Source: a virus. From it: 64,000 nucleotides of DNA. The DNA is taken from the IMG/VR virus record IMGVR_UViG_3300047160_010630, positions 32,001 through 96,000 of that record; one strand, given 5' to 3'. The translations under genes were made by a program, and so were the position numbers. The notes beneath the pieces were generated by a model. The model saw only the letters and a program-made list of their open reading frames with translations, did not search any database and was not told the origin of the DNA. Positions 1-9,865 of the stretch are shown here, in pieces (within the stretch, counting starts at the first letter, position 1; every line of letters begins with the position of its first letter).

Positions 1-761
1 CCGATTCGCCTGCGAACAAGGGCGCCGCGCCGATCATCGAACCCGCCCCGCTGCCGCCGGGCATGAGCCGCACCTTCTACCGCAACGCGTCGCGGGATGC
101 CGCGCGTTCGGCCATGGGCGCCATGCACGACCACATCGCCCAGACCTTCCCGGACCTGTGCCCGATGGAAGGCCCCGGAAAGGGCGGCGAGCCTGCCGAG
201 GGCGCGCGACCGGTCCCGGTTCCCGGCAGCGCCAACAAGAGCAAGAAGGGCGGGAAGACCGTGGCGAAGACCAAGAAGGAGCCCGTGGCGGAGAAGTCCG
301 CCAAGAGCGCCAAGGACACCAAGAAGCCGGTCGTCAAGGACGCGACGAGCAAGAAGACCGTCGTGACCAAGAGCGCCGCCGTCGACTCCAAGCTGGTCAA
401 GGCCGCCGTGGCTGAGGCCACCGGGCCGCTGGCCGACAAGGTGAAGTCGGTCGTCAAGCAGCTCAAGGACGCCCAGCGGCGCAACAAGAAGCTTCAGGCC
501 CGGTTCGACAAGCTCGGATCGCTGCCTGACCCGCGCGAGGCCCCGTTCAAGGGCATCGCGCAGCAGACCCCATCGTCGCTCAGCAAGTCGGCGAAGGCGC
601 TTCCGGCCGGAGCGCGCAGTGTCGCCGAGTACGCCGAACAGGTGAAGCTGAACGAGATCCGCGCCATGCAGGAGCAGGCGCGCAGTCACGACTCAGCGGA
701 GCGGGAAGCTGCCTGGAACGTGCTCATGAAGATGGGTGGATTGCCCACGATGAACAAGTAG
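1..761 (+). CDS. 3' part of capsid scaffold / maturation protease gene (starts before the window)
   Basis: Frame is open from position 3 to TAG at 759-761; Lys/Ala-rich with coiled-coil C-terminus; directly upstream of the major capsid gene. Confidence 0.6.
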   Translation, partial: DSPANKGAAPIIEPAPLPPGMSRTFYRNASRDAARSAMGAMHDHIAQTFPDLCPMEGPGKGGEPAEGARPVPVPGSANKSKKGGKTVAKTKKEPVAEKSAKSAKDTKKPVVKDATSKKTVVTKSAAVDSKLVKAAVAEATGPLADKVKSVVKQLKDAQRRNKKLQARFDKLGSLPDPREAPFKGIAQQTPSSLSKSAKALPAGARSVAEYAEQVKLNEIRAMQEQARSHDSAEREAAWNVLMKMGGLPTMNK

Positions 762-785
762 TTCCAACCGAGAAAGGAGTGACTC

Positions 786-1478
786 ATGGCTCAGATTGAG
801 GACACTCTTAACCCGACCGTGGGGAGTGCCACCCGCGAGGCCGCGTCCGAGGCTGGCCGGTATGATCGCTCCGGCGACATGCTCAAGGCCAAGATGACCA
901 ACCTGGTCAAGGGCGCCGGTTTTGTGGGCAACGGCAACCAGGGTCTGACCGACCCGGTCCAGATCACCACCAAGGCCACGCAGGCCACCATGGACCTGCG
1001 GGCCGAGACCTACCGAGGCTTTCGCAACAAGGCCGACGTGGTCAAGGGTCTGAACCCGACCTTCCTGAACCAGTTCGGCAACCTGAAGACCGCGCTGACC
1101 GCTCCGTCGATGAGCGAGACTCTTCAGCAGATCGTGACGGCGGTCGGAAGCCCGGACCTGACCCGTAGCTTCACTGCGGGCAACCTCGGTGTGGGCACGG
1201 TGAGCGGCCTCGTGCCGTTCGACCTGCTGGCGCCGTCGCGCCTGATCTACCCGATGTACACCGTGCTGCGCAACAAGCTCCCCCGCCCGGCGGGTCAGGG
1301 TACGTCGCGCATCGCGAAGGTCTTCACCGGTATCTCCGGCTCGCAGACCGGCGGTCAGGGCGTCATCGACGTGTCGATCCCCGAGCTGGTGCAGTCCGGC
1401 GGAACTATGGCGTCCACCCAGTGGCCGCTGAACCTGCCGGGAACCGGTTCGCAGACCGAGGTTACGCTCAACGTCCCT
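786..1478 (+). CDS. Major capsid protein, exon 1 (231 codons, ends ...TLNVP)
   Basis: SD AAGGAG before ATG 786; phage-like codon bias ends at 1478; joins in frame to exon 2 at 2673. Confidence 0.85.
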
Positions 1479-2672
1479 CACGAAAAGTAGGGGCCTCACA
1501 CGGTGACGTGCGAGTGAATAACCGCGCTATATCGGCGGAGGTCCTCCACCCGGAGCCGAATCGGGACATGGATAACGCCGAGGCAACCTTGAGGCTGAGA
1601 TCAATCAGCCAAAGAGAGAGTCCGTAACGACTACACGCGCGGGATCTGGTACGATAGGTACATGGTAAGAATCAAGGGTCAACAACCTCTCACGGGCGAC
1701 GAGAAGTGCAGCATCGTTCAGCAGTACGTCGCTGGCGCTACACTCAGGGGTCTGGCCGGTGAGTATCGCAGGTCGATCAACACGATACGATCGGTGATCG
1801 CATCGTCCGGTGTTCCGATCAAAGCGAGAGGATATGGGGACCCTCGGGTTCAGGAAGCTGCACTGGCCGCTAGAGGTCATGAATCATTGACTGATAGCGA
1901 CAAGCAGGACATTATTCGTCGATACGCAGACGGCGAACTGCTTACCGAACTTTGCAAGGAGTACGGTCGAGCGAAATCAACTCTGAAGGATATCCTCACC
2001 GAGTCAGGTATTACACTGAGGTCGCGAGGGTACCAGAAGGGCACCGTCTGGCACGATGAATGGCGGAAGTCTCACTGGGAGAGCACTCATACTGACGAGT
2101 TTCGTCAAAAGTCACGTGAGAATCTTCTTGAACGTCTGCCGTCCATGCGAGGCCCGGCTGTAAACACACCGATCGAACGTCGTTTGCACGACGCGCTTAA
2201 GAAGGTCGGCATTGGATTCAGCACGCAGCAACCGTTCCTGGGTCGCTATCTTGTTGATATATTGATTCATCAACAACCTATCATCATTGAAGCAGACGGA
2301 GCCCAACATTACCTCCCTGACGCCAAGGAGAGGGATGCGGCACGGGATGCCGCTCTAACGCAGGCTGGGTATCGGGTGTTTCGGTTTACCGGAAGCGAGA
2401 TTAACAAAGACTCGATGGCATGCATTCATCATGTCGTTGATGAGTGTAATCTTGTCCCAGATGAAGAGCCTGTGTTTGACATCCGAACGTCACTTCCTAG
2501 CCCGATGAAGGGGCGTAAGCATACGCCCGAAACTCGTGCCAAGATGAGTGAAGCTGCAAAGCGCCGTTGGCAATCCAGATCATGACATAGTCTGTTCTGC
2601 ACGCAATGGTAAAGGTGCAGAGATCGGCAGAAATGACCGGTCCCACTGTATTACAGTGAGTAACAATAAAAG
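1479..2672 (+). mobile_element. Group I self-splicing intron (1194 nt) in the major capsid gene
   Basis: Exon 1 ends in U (CCU), which forms a U.G pair in P1 (cccu|cacgaaaaguagggg); intron ends in G2672; P10 gua/uac; P3 ccgcgc 1522-1527 with gcgcgg 1637-1642; P7 gacta 1629-1633 with tagtc 2588-2592; P8 gatctgg 1643-1649 with ccagatc 2575-2581; splicing gives NVP|YRFFGLTESL in frame. Confidence 0.92.
1662..2585 (+). CDS. Intron-encoded homing endonuclease: HTH repeats + DUF559/Vsr-like nuclease + NUMOD3-like tail
   Basis: Located in the P8 loop; IIEADGAQH and RDAARDAALTQAGYRVFRF (DUF559-type); C-terminal SPMKGRKHTPETRAKMSEA; lower GC. Confidence 0.85.
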   Translation: MVRIKGQQPLTGDEKCSIVQQYVAGATLRGLAGEYRRSINTIRSVIASSGVPIKARGYGDPRVQEAALAARGHESLTDSDKQDIIRRYADGELLTELCKEYGRAKSTLKDILTESGITLRSRGYQKGTVWHDEWRKSHWESTHTDEFRQKSRENLLERLPSMRGPAVNTPIERRLHDALKKVGIGFSTQQPFLGRYLVDILIHQQPIIIEADGAQHYLPDAKERDAARDAALTQAGYRVFRFTGSEINKDSMACIHHVVDECNLVPDEEPVFDIRTSLPSPMKGRKHTPETRAKMSEAAKRRWQSRS

Positions 2673-3806
2673 TACCGCTTTTTCGGCCTTACGGAATCGC
2701 TTTCTTGGCTCGCACAGTTCGCGGGCCAAGGATTCGAGGACATTTCTGCCCTCGCCAACCTCATTCTCCTCCAGGAAATGATGCTGGGCGAGGAATACAT
2801 GATGCTCGCGGGCTCCAGCACCACGCTGGCCGCCCCGACCGTCATCGGCCTCACCGCCCGCACCGCCGGATCCGGTGAGACCACCGTCGGTGTCAACGCG
2901 AACTTCACCGTTCTCGTGACCGGCACCAACTACTACGGCGAGACCGTGGCGGGTGCGTCCACTACGATCGCCACCACCGCCGGTCAGGTGGTCGATGTCA
3001 CCATCGGCCCCCAGCCCGGTATCCAGCAGTACAACATCTACGTCTCGACCAACGCGGCCCCGACGCGGGCCAACGCGTGGCTGGTGAAGTCGGGCGTGGG
3101 TGGTGTCCGGTACACCGTTCAGGGCACCCTGCCGACCACGGGCACCAACCCGCCGGTCGGTGACAGCGGTACGGGCACCAACACCCGCATGGAAGGCATC
3201 ATCCCGACGCTGACCGGCAAGTCGGCGGCCTCGGGCATCTACCCGGCCAACTGGCAGGGTGGCTACGTCAACCAGTCGGTGGGCACCCACCTGTCCTACA
3301 ACGCCATCTACACCGCCCTCCAGGGCCTGTGGAACGGCGCGCAGGGCGCGGGCAACAACCCGGGCGCGTTCCGTGCGGACCCGGCGGAGATCATCGGTGA
3401 GGGTGGCGACATCATGCGCCTCTCGAACGACGTGATCTCGCAGGGTTCGGCCACCAACTACCGTCTGTTCCTGGAGCAGCCGGACGTGGGCGGCGTCAAG
3501 GTCGGCGCGGCGGTGTCGGAGTTCCAGAACCCGATCACCCGGTCGATCCTGAAGATGGTCGTGCACCCCTGGCTGACCCAGGGTACGGCCATGCTGATGA
3601 CCTACCAGCTCCCGCAGACGTGGACGAACGTTGCCAACGCGTGGGAAATGACGGTCGTTCAGGACTATGTCAGTATCGCGTGGCCCGTCATTGACGCGAC
3701 CTTCCGGTACAGCATCTTCCTGTACGGCGCGCTGGTCGGTCACGCCCCGCAGTATTCTGGCATCTTGCAGGGACTCCAGGTTACGGATGTAACACCCTTT
3801 TCGTAG
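2673..3806 (+). CDS. Major capsid protein, exon 2 (spliced product 608 aa, with an inserted beta-rich domain)
   Basis: Frame open from 2673, 35 codons upstream of the ORF-track start 2778; capsid-like C-terminus VHPWL...YGALVGHAPQYSGILQG. Confidence 0.85.
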   Translation, partial: YRFFGLTESLSWLAQFAGQGFEDISALANLILLQEMMLGEEYMMLAGSSTTLAAPTVIGLTARTAGSGETTVGVNANFTVLVTGTNYYGETVAGASTTIATTAGQVVDVTIGPQPGIQQYNIYVSTNAAPTRANAWLVKSGVGGVRYTVQGTLPTTGTNPPVGDSGTGTNTRMEGIIPTLTGKSAASGIYPANWQGGYVNQSVGTHLSYNAIYTALQGLWNGAQGAGNNPGAFRADPAEIIGEGGDIMRLSNDVISQGSATNYRLFLEQPDVGGVKVGAAVSEFQNPITRSILKMVVHPWLTQGTAMLMTYQLPQTWTNVANAWEMTVVQDYVSIAWPVIDATFRYSIFLYGALVGHAPQYSGILQGLQVTDVTPFS

Positions 3807-3848
3807 ACGAACTGTACACCCTAGAGAAACTGTACTAGACTCTGGGGT

Positions 3849-4949
3849 ATGCAGAACGAAGCGAAGAAGCAGCGTCGGACTACCCCAGCGGACCGGGAGG
3901 AGATGGTCCGGATGTACGCCTCCGGCGCATCCACGACGGTCATCTCCCGGACGCTGGGGTTCTCCGAGCCATCGATCAACTACCAGCTCAGGAAGGCTGG
4001 CGTAACTCTGCGCTCGCCTCGGGAGCAGTCTTCACAGACCCCGCAGCATGTCGAAGATCAGATCATCGACATGTACATGGCCGGAGTGTTGTGGCCGGAT
4101 ATCGTCGCGGAGACCGGCGGTCCCACGTCCGAGAAGACCCTGTACAACATCCTCAAGCGTCGCGGTCTGCCTCCTCAGCGCTATCAGAGCCTGACCCCGG
4201 ACGACCGCGAGGAGCTGGTGTCCCTGTTCACTCAGGGTGACAGCTACGAGGCAATCTCGAAGACTATGGAACTCCCTGAACGGTACGTGCGACATTTCTT
4301 CAGGGAGGACGAGCCGTCGGTCTTCCGGGACATCGACACCCCCGAGAAGGCTTACTGGCTTGGATTCATCACCGCCGACGGAACCATCGTCGGGATTCGA
4401 CCGGGAAACCTTCGCGTCGAAGTCACCCTAAAGGGTTCGGACAGCGAGCATTTGGAGAATCTGAACAGATTCACGAGTAATACTCGTGACCTTAAGCACT
4501 ATGAGGCTGAGACGATCTCCGAAGGTGTTCGTCCCTACGCCAGGTTCGTCGTGTCTAATAGGGCTGTCGTAGCGGATCTGCTACGAGGCGGTGTACACCC
4601 CAACAAAACTGGACGTGAGAAGCCCTGGGATGGTCCTGAGCATCTGATGCGCCACTACTGGCGAGGGGTTATCGACGGTGACGGATCGATCTACGACTCC
4701 CACAGGAGCCCTACCCCGAGCGTAGTGCTTGTCGGGTCCGAGGATCTGTGTTCCGCCTTCTTGCTGTGGGCCAACAAGGTTTGTGGTACGAAAACTAGGG
4801 TCCAGACTGATCTTCGCAGCCCTAATCACTACAGGGCTTCCGTGGGCGGTAACCGGCAGGTTCAAGAACTGGTCCACGAGCTGTACCGCGACTGCGACAC
4901 GTTCCTCCGGCGCAAGATGGGCCGTGCTCAGCGGATCTGTAAATTCTGA
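3849..4949 (+). CDS. Free-standing LAGLIDADG homing endonuclease with N-terminal HTH repeats
   Basis: AYWLGFITADG and HYWRGVIDGDGS motifs; flanks too short for an intron core. Confidence 0.85.
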   Translation: MQNEAKKQRRTTPADREEMVRMYASGASTTVISRTLGFSEPSINYQLRKAGVTLRSPREQSSQTPQHVEDQIIDMYMAGVLWPDIVAETGGPTSEKTLYNILKRRGLPPQRYQSLTPDDREELVSLFTQGDSYEAISKTMELPERYVRHFFREDEPSVFRDIDTPEKAYWLGFITADGTIVGIRPGNLRVEVTLKGSDSEHLENLNRFTSNTRDLKHYEAETISEGVRPYARFVVSNRAVVADLLRGGVHPNKTGREKPWDGPEHLMRHYWRGVIDGDGSIYDSHRSPTPSVVLVGSEDLCSAFLLWANKVCGTKTRVQTDLRSPNHYRASVGGNRQVQELVHELYRDCDTFLRRKMGRAQRICKF

Positions 4950-4968
4950 TGCTCAACTAGGAGAAAAC

Positions 4969-5319
4969 ATGGCCCTCTACAGCGCCACGCTTCAGACCAC
5001 TAACGTCGGCACCGCCGCCATTGCGGTGCTCAATCCGGGTGCTGCTCCGTACGGCAACGGAACGATCGCGACCCTCGTCGGTCCGATCAAGGATCCGATC
5101 ATCACGAACACCGGCCAGGCCACCGTCTTCCTCGGTCAGTCCGGCGTCACCGCCGCTCTCGGCCTCCCGCTCGCTCCGGGTGCCAGCATCACCTACAACG
5201 GCTTCACCACGCCGGTCTCGGTCACGGGCAACACCGGTCAGTCGCTGTTCGCCATCTGCGCCTCCGGAACCAGTTCGACCGTCCTCTGCGGTCCGGCGAC
5301 CGTCAACGCCAACGTCTGA
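4969..5319 (+). CDS. Small beta-rich virion protein, paralog family S copy 1 (putative capsid decoration)
   Basis: SD AGGAG, ATG 4969; motif NTG..TVFLGQSGVT..GLPL.PG shared with the next gene. Confidence 0.65.
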   Translation: MALYSATLQTTNVGTAAIAVLNPGAAPYGNGTIATLVGPIKDPIITNTGQATVFLGQSGVTAALGLPLAPGASITYNGFTTPVSVTGNTGQSLFAICASGTSSTVLCGPATVNANV

Positions 5320-5339
5320 TCACCGAGAAGGAGGCCAGG

Positions 5340-5618
5340 GTGGCGCAGAATGCCCCACTGAACCAGAAGGTCGGGAACGTGGTCGGCACGACCGCCACCC
5401 TGGTCTACCGGCCCGTGGGATCCAACGATTCCGTCACGCTCATCAACGAGGGCCGGGACACCGCCTACATCGGCCAGTCGGCGGTGACAGCTACCACCGG
5501 CTTGCCGCTGGTCCCCGGGGACCGGCTCACGATTCAGCGGGTGCCGTTCCCGATCTACGCGGTGGGATTCGCCAGTTCAGGTGCTCCATTCGTCAGCGTC
5601 GTTGCAGGTGTGAGATAA
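5340..5618 (+). CDS. Small beta-rich virion protein, family S copy 2
   Basis: SD AGGAGG; NEG..TAYIGQSAVT..GLPLVPG...IYA. Confidence 0.65.
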   Translation: MAQNAPLNQKVGNVVGTTATLVYRPVGSNDSVTLINEGRDTAYIGQSAVTATTGLPLVPGDRLTIQRVPFPIYAVGFASSGAPFVSVVAGVR

Positions 5619-5631
5619 GGTGAGGTGACGT

Positions 5632-6309
5632 ATGACTACGCCGAATTCTATCGGACTTCGCTCCGGAGTACTTCAGCCGCCCGGAACGGCCTTCGATCAG
5701 GCCAATCCGGTCTTTGACGGGCCGGTCACCTTCACCAGCAACAGCTCGCTCACCGTCGATGGCAACATGGTCGTCAACGGTACGTACAACGTGCCGTCTC
5801 TCACGCTGAATCAGCCGACCGTCAACGGTGGAACGATCACCAATTCCGCTTTCAATAGCGGGATCACTCTCGCCCCCGGTTCTTCCGTGTCCTACAACGG
5901 GGCCATCTCCACGGGAACGAATGGGGTGGTCGCTGAAGCCTTCGGGGCCGGTGGACCGGCCGCCACTGAAGCGCAGATTGTGTTGGGTGGAGCGTGCCCC
6001 CCGGGGTCGACCATCACCTCGGTAAGTGGTCATGACCTAGGGGGCAGCTTTACCATTCGCGCTACGTCCGCAAGTGGGACGCCGGGTGGCGCCATTTTCA
6101 CGTTCACGTTCTCCAGCCCCATGCCCTCTGTCCCCAAGGCGATCTATCTATCGTCTTTCGATCTCTCCTCAAACACTTCGTACGTAAGCTCGATCTTCGA
6201 TTCCACAAGATCGATCGTTTCCACGACTGGGTACACCCTGGACAGCATCAACGGGGGGTTCTTCGGAAGCGGTCGTCTCTGGTCCTTCTACTATATGGTC
6301 CTTTTTTAG
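5632..6309 (+). CDS. Fibre/adhesin-like protein, paralog family F copy A
   Basis: PPG...FDGPV N-terminus, G.D.GG.F, FTFTFSSP.PS.P, aromatic C-terminus. Confidence 0.65.
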   Translation: MTTPNSIGLRSGVLQPPGTAFDQANPVFDGPVTFTSNSSLTVDGNMVVNGTYNVPSLTLNQPTVNGGTITNSAFNSGITLAPGSSVSYNGAISTGTNGVVAEAFGAGGPAATEAQIVLGGACPPGSTITSVSGHDLGGSFTIRATSASGTPGGAIFTFTFSSPMPSVPKAIYLSSFDLSSNTSYVSSIFDSTRSIVSTTGYTLDSINGGFFGSGRLWSFYYMVLF

Positions 6310-6324
6310 GAGGGGTGTGGCCTC

Positions 6325-6948
6325 ATGTCTCTTCAGGGAAGAACGCCACCGCCTGGCGTAAGGTCCATCCAGTCGGGAGTGGTCTTCGACGCACCGGCGG
6401 TAATTGAGTCCACCGGTGCTCTGGTGTACAACGGCGACCTTACGTCCACCACGCCAGTGACGCAGACCGGCGGTGTCTTTTCCGGATCCACGTCTAACGC
6501 AACGGTCAACGGCGTAACCACGGTCAACTCTGCGCAGTTCAACACGACCTTCCCGACGCTTCCGGCAGGAAACCTCACTGTAGGCAGCTTGACCTCTCGG
6601 TACATTGTCGGATCTGGAACGCCTACTCTGACGCTGGGGGTAGCTTGGGCGACCGGGTCGACTATCACGTCGTCAACACTTACAGATCTTTGGGGGAGCT
6701 TCACAGGAACTGCCGCTGCTAACTCTACTGCTACGGGCAACTCCTCAGCGTTCACCGTGACGTTCTCGTCAGCACTTCCGTCAGCACCTGTGTCGGCTTT
6801 CGCGTACGGGGCTAGCACAAATGGCACCGCTGGGTTCTGGGTCAAGGTCGGTTCTCTCTCCACCACCTCCGTGACGTTCAACTCGGTGAACAATACCCGG
6901 TTCATCAGCTCCGCAGTTTACAACTTCAATTATTTCATCTTCCTGTAG
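6325..6948 (+). CDS. Fibre/adhesin-like protein, family F copy B
   Basis: Shared family motifs; LTDLWG; ends FNYFIFL. Confidence 0.65.
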   Translation: MSLQGRTPPPGVRSIQSGVVFDAPAVIESTGALVYNGDLTSTTPVTQTGGVFSGSTSNATVNGVTTVNSAQFNTTFPTLPAGNLTVGSLTSRYIVGSGTPTLTLGVAWATGSTITSSTLTDLWGSFTGTAAANSTATGNSSAFTVTFSSALPSAPVSAFAYGASTNGTAGFWVKVGSLSTTSVTFNSVNNTRFISSAVYNFNYFIFL

Positions 6949-6952
6949 GAGG

Positions 6953-7597
6953 GTGGCTGTGGTCTCTATTCCCGGCACGGCGGCAGGCCCTGGGACCGTC
7001 TTTGTGCAGTCCTCGGTCGTGTTCGACGATACCGTTACGTTCTCCAAGGGTTCTGACGTTACGTTCATCGGACCCCTGTTGCCTAGAGGGGGCATCACCG
7101 CCAACGGGCCTGTGAACAGCTCGGGCCCTGTCGTCCTCAACCAGCCCATCATGGCGGGGAACACCACCCTCACCAACAACACGTACGCGGGCACGACGAC
7201 GGTGTCCCCTTCCGCCACACTGTCCGTGGAAGGACTTACGACCCGTTATCTGCAAGGACCCGCTGCCGCAGTTCCCACCATCACCTTGGGTCCGGGATTC
7301 TCGCCGGGGTCCACGATTACCTCGTTCACGGGGCACGACACGGCAGGAAATTTCACCGTATCGATCCCCACCACCAGCACTGTGCCAGCGAATTCAACCC
7401 TATTCACCATTACTTTCTCCCAAGCGCTGGCCGCCGCCCCGTCGATATTTTTCCTTACTATAGTGTACAACACAAACACGCTCGGCGGATATTACATCCC
7501 AGAGACCCTCACAGCTGGATCCGCATCCTTCATCTCGTCCGGTGGCACCTCTTTCAATAACGGCACAGTCAATATCTACTACGCCTTCCTTCTGTGA
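6953..7597 (+). CDS. Fibre/adhesin-like protein, family F copy C
   Basis: Shared motifs; TFIGPL...GGIT.NGP; GHDTAG; ends YYAFLL. Confidence 0.65.
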   Translation: MAVVSIPGTAAGPGTVFVQSSVVFDDTVTFSKGSDVTFIGPLLPRGGITANGPVNSSGPVVLNQPIMAGNTTLTNNTYAGTTTVSPSATLSVEGLTTRYLQGPAAAVPTITLGPGFSPGSTITSFTGHDTAGNFTVSIPTTSTVPANSTLFTITFSQALAAAPSIFFLTIVYNTNTLGGYYIPETLTAGSASFISSGGTSFNNGTVNIYYAFLL

Positions 7598-7606
7598 GGT
7601 CGGGAG

Positions 7607-8281
7607 ATGCCGACACCTAGTCCCGCCCTGCCTCCCGGTATTTCGGCGCCTCCGGGTACCACCCTGGTCACGTCGCCGCACTACTTCGACGGTCCGGTCC
7701 TGGTCACAGCTGACGCCTCATTCACCGTGAACGGACCCACGGTCGTCAACGGCGCGTACACCACGACGACGACGGCCACAACCCTCGCTCCCGAGTACCG
7801 TGGTGCCACGCTCAACACGCCCACGCTCATCGACGGGGTCATCTTTCTCGAAAACACATCGACGAGCTTCGACGGCACCATCGATCTAGGCACCCAGGGC
7901 GCGTTCGCGCGGCACTTCAAGGGCGGGGGACCGGCTGCCACCACATCCCAGGTAAGTCTGGGAACCGCCTTCGCGGCGGGGTCGACGGTCAACACCGTCA
8001 CCGGTACCGATCTGAACGGTAGGATTCAGGTCACCTCGGCCACCGGGACCACCCCACCTGGTGCCGTCACCGCCTTCACGTTCACGTTCTCCAGCCCGCT
8101 GCCGTCAGCTCCGAGGGCCATCATGGTCAAGTCGTACAACACCACGACGCAGAGCAGTCCGTTCAGTCTGCTACAGACGTTCACCGCGTCCTCGACCAGC
8201 ATCATCGTAAACGCGATTCCCAGCTACAGCTACAGCAGCAGTGTGGCGCAATGGACGTTCTTCTACCTGTTCCTCCTCTAG
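7607..8281 (+). CDS. Fibre/adhesin-like protein, family F copy A'
   Basis: Closest to 5632-6309 (FDGPV, GGPAAT, FTFTFSSP). Confidence 0.65.
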   Translation: MPTPSPALPPGISAPPGTTLVTSPHYFDGPVLVTADASFTVNGPTVVNGAYTTTTTATTLAPEYRGATLNTPTLIDGVIFLENTSTSFDGTIDLGTQGAFARHFKGGGPAATTSQVSLGTAFAAGSTVNTVTGTDLNGRIQVTSATGTTPPGAVTAFTFTFSSPLPSAPRAIMVKSYNTTTQSSPFSLLQTFTASSTSIIVNAIPSYSYSSSVAQWTFFYLFLL

Positions 8282-8290
8282 GGCGTGGTC

Positions 8291-8920
8291 ATGGCGTATC
8301 AGAGCTTCCAGGGGAGGCAGCCGGAGCCCGGCGCGTCCACGACCGCCGCCCCCACGATCTTCAACAACTCCGTGGTCATCTCAACCAATGGCTCCCTCAC
8401 GTGCAACGGTGACGTGAACGCGGCGATCAGCCAGGTGACCACCGGCTCGGTCATCACCGGCACCCAGACGAACCTGATGCTCACGGGCCCGACACGCGTC
8501 TCCTCGGCTACCTTCAGTACGGCGTTCCCGACCTTTCCGTCAGAGGACCTGGTCACCACCGGTGGCATCGTCACCCGATTCCTCGTGGGAAGCGGCACCC
8601 CGAGTGTCACCCTCGGTACTGCCTTCTCCAACAACGCCAGCGTCTCCGGCACATCGACCCTCACCGATCTGTGGGGCAGGGTCAACATCGCCACCACCGG
8701 TGTTGGCGGGGTCGCCAACGGCACCGGCCTGCGGGTGACGTTCTCGGCACCACTGCCCACGGCCCCCGTAGCTGCGATCTCCTACGCGTCCAGCGGCTCG
8801 GCTGCGGGCGATTGGCACGTCGCCGGTGACATGACCACCACCTACGTGCAGTTCAACGCCGTCAACGGGCAGATCTTCAAGCAGAACAGCTTCTCGTTCA
8901 ACTACTTCATCTTCCTGTAG
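8291..8920 (+). CDS. Fibre/adhesin-like protein, family F copy B'
   Basis: Closest to 6325-6948 (QGR.P.PG, VGSGTP, LTDLWG, FNYFIFL); start could be 8285. Confidence 0.65.
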   Translation: MAYQSFQGRQPEPGASTTAAPTIFNNSVVISTNGSLTCNGDVNAAISQVTTGSVITGTQTNLMLTGPTRVSSATFSTAFPTFPSEDLVTTGGIVTRFLVGSGTPSVTLGTAFSNNASVSGTSTLTDLWGRVNIATTGVGGVANGTGLRVTFSAPLPTAPVAAISYASSGSAAGDWHVAGDMTTTYVQFNAVNGQIFKQNSFSFNYFIFL

Positions 8921-8923
8921 GGG

Positions 8924-9568
8924 GTGCCGGTCGCCGTGGCCTCGAACTTCTCCGGACTATCCGCCCCACCCGGCAGCAGCCTCGTGGATTCGAAGACGCT
9001 GTTCGACAACGCGGTGACGTTCACCGTCACCGCTCCGGCGACGTTCATCGGTCCGCTGAACACACCCGGCGGGATCACCCTGAACGGTCCGACGAGCAAC
9101 ACGAACGTGGGGGTCATCAGCAACGCCCTCCTCACCAACGGTACGACTGTCAACAACGGCGTGTTCAACGGTGACACGGTGGTCCAGGACAATGTCACGT
9201 TCACCACCAACGGCTTGCGTAGCCGGTACATCGAGATCAACTCGATGCTGCCGACCATCAACCTGGGGAACGCGTTCGGGTTGGGTTCCACCGTTACCAA
9301 TATGATCGGGCACGATCTGGCCGGTAGCTTCACGGTCTCCGCCACGAACGGCGCCGCAGTGGCGGGTGGAGAGCTCTTCACCGTCCTCTTCTCCTCGACG
9401 CTTCCCGGTGTTCCGGTGACCGTACTCGTTCAGGGATATTCGGGGACGACATCCGGATCGTGGTTCTATCCCAGCACGACCAGTGACACGTTCGCCACAG
9501 TTCTGGCGACCTCGGGGACGACGCTGACCAACGGCACGTACACCATCCACTACGTCTTTCTCCTGTAG
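8924..9568 (+). CDS. Fibre/adhesin-like protein, family F copy C'
   Basis: Closest to 6953-7597 (TFIGPL, GGIT.NGP, GHD.AG). Confidence 0.65.
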   Translation: MPVAVASNFSGLSAPPGSSLVDSKTLFDNAVTFTVTAPATFIGPLNTPGGITLNGPTSNTNVGVISNALLTNGTTVNNGVFNGDTVVQDNVTFTTNGLRSRYIEINSMLPTINLGNAFGLGSTVTNMIGHDLAGSFTVSATNGAAVAGGELFTVLFSSTLPGVPVTVLVQGYSGTTSGSWFYPSTTSDTFATVLATSGTTLTNGTYTIHYVFLL

Positions 9569-9577
9569 GGTGATGCT

Positions 9578-9865
9578 ATGAGTACGAAGGTTCAGCTTCC
9601 ACCCGGTTGTTACGGCTTCGACTGCAAGGACGGTACAAAGTACACCGGCCGTCCGGGCGGTTCGGTCACCGTTTCCGACCGTCATGCGAAGGCCCTCAAC
9701 CAGAGCCAGTTCGGCGGGGATGCCAACCTGGTGGGAAATGTCGGCCGGGTGTCGTTCGGCACGAAGAAGACCCGGGTGTGCGCACCGTGCGGTGGGCGCC
9801 GGTGGAATGCCTGGAACGAGACCTGCCCGAGGTGTGGGGAGCCCTGCGAACTCGTGGAGGACTGA
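9578..9865 (+). CDS. Small zinc-ribbon protein
   Basis: CAPC...CPRC; TGA overlaps the next ATG. Confidence 0.6.
   Translation: MSTKVQLPPGCYGFDCKDGTKYTGRPGGSVTVSDRHAKALNQSQFGGDANLVGNVGRVSFGTKKTRVCAPCGGRRWNAWNETCPRCGEPCELVED

Noticed and set aside
5632-9568. Diversity-generating retroelement acting on the paralog array
   Set aside because: No reverse transcriptase in the window and no template/variable repeat pair differing only at adenines
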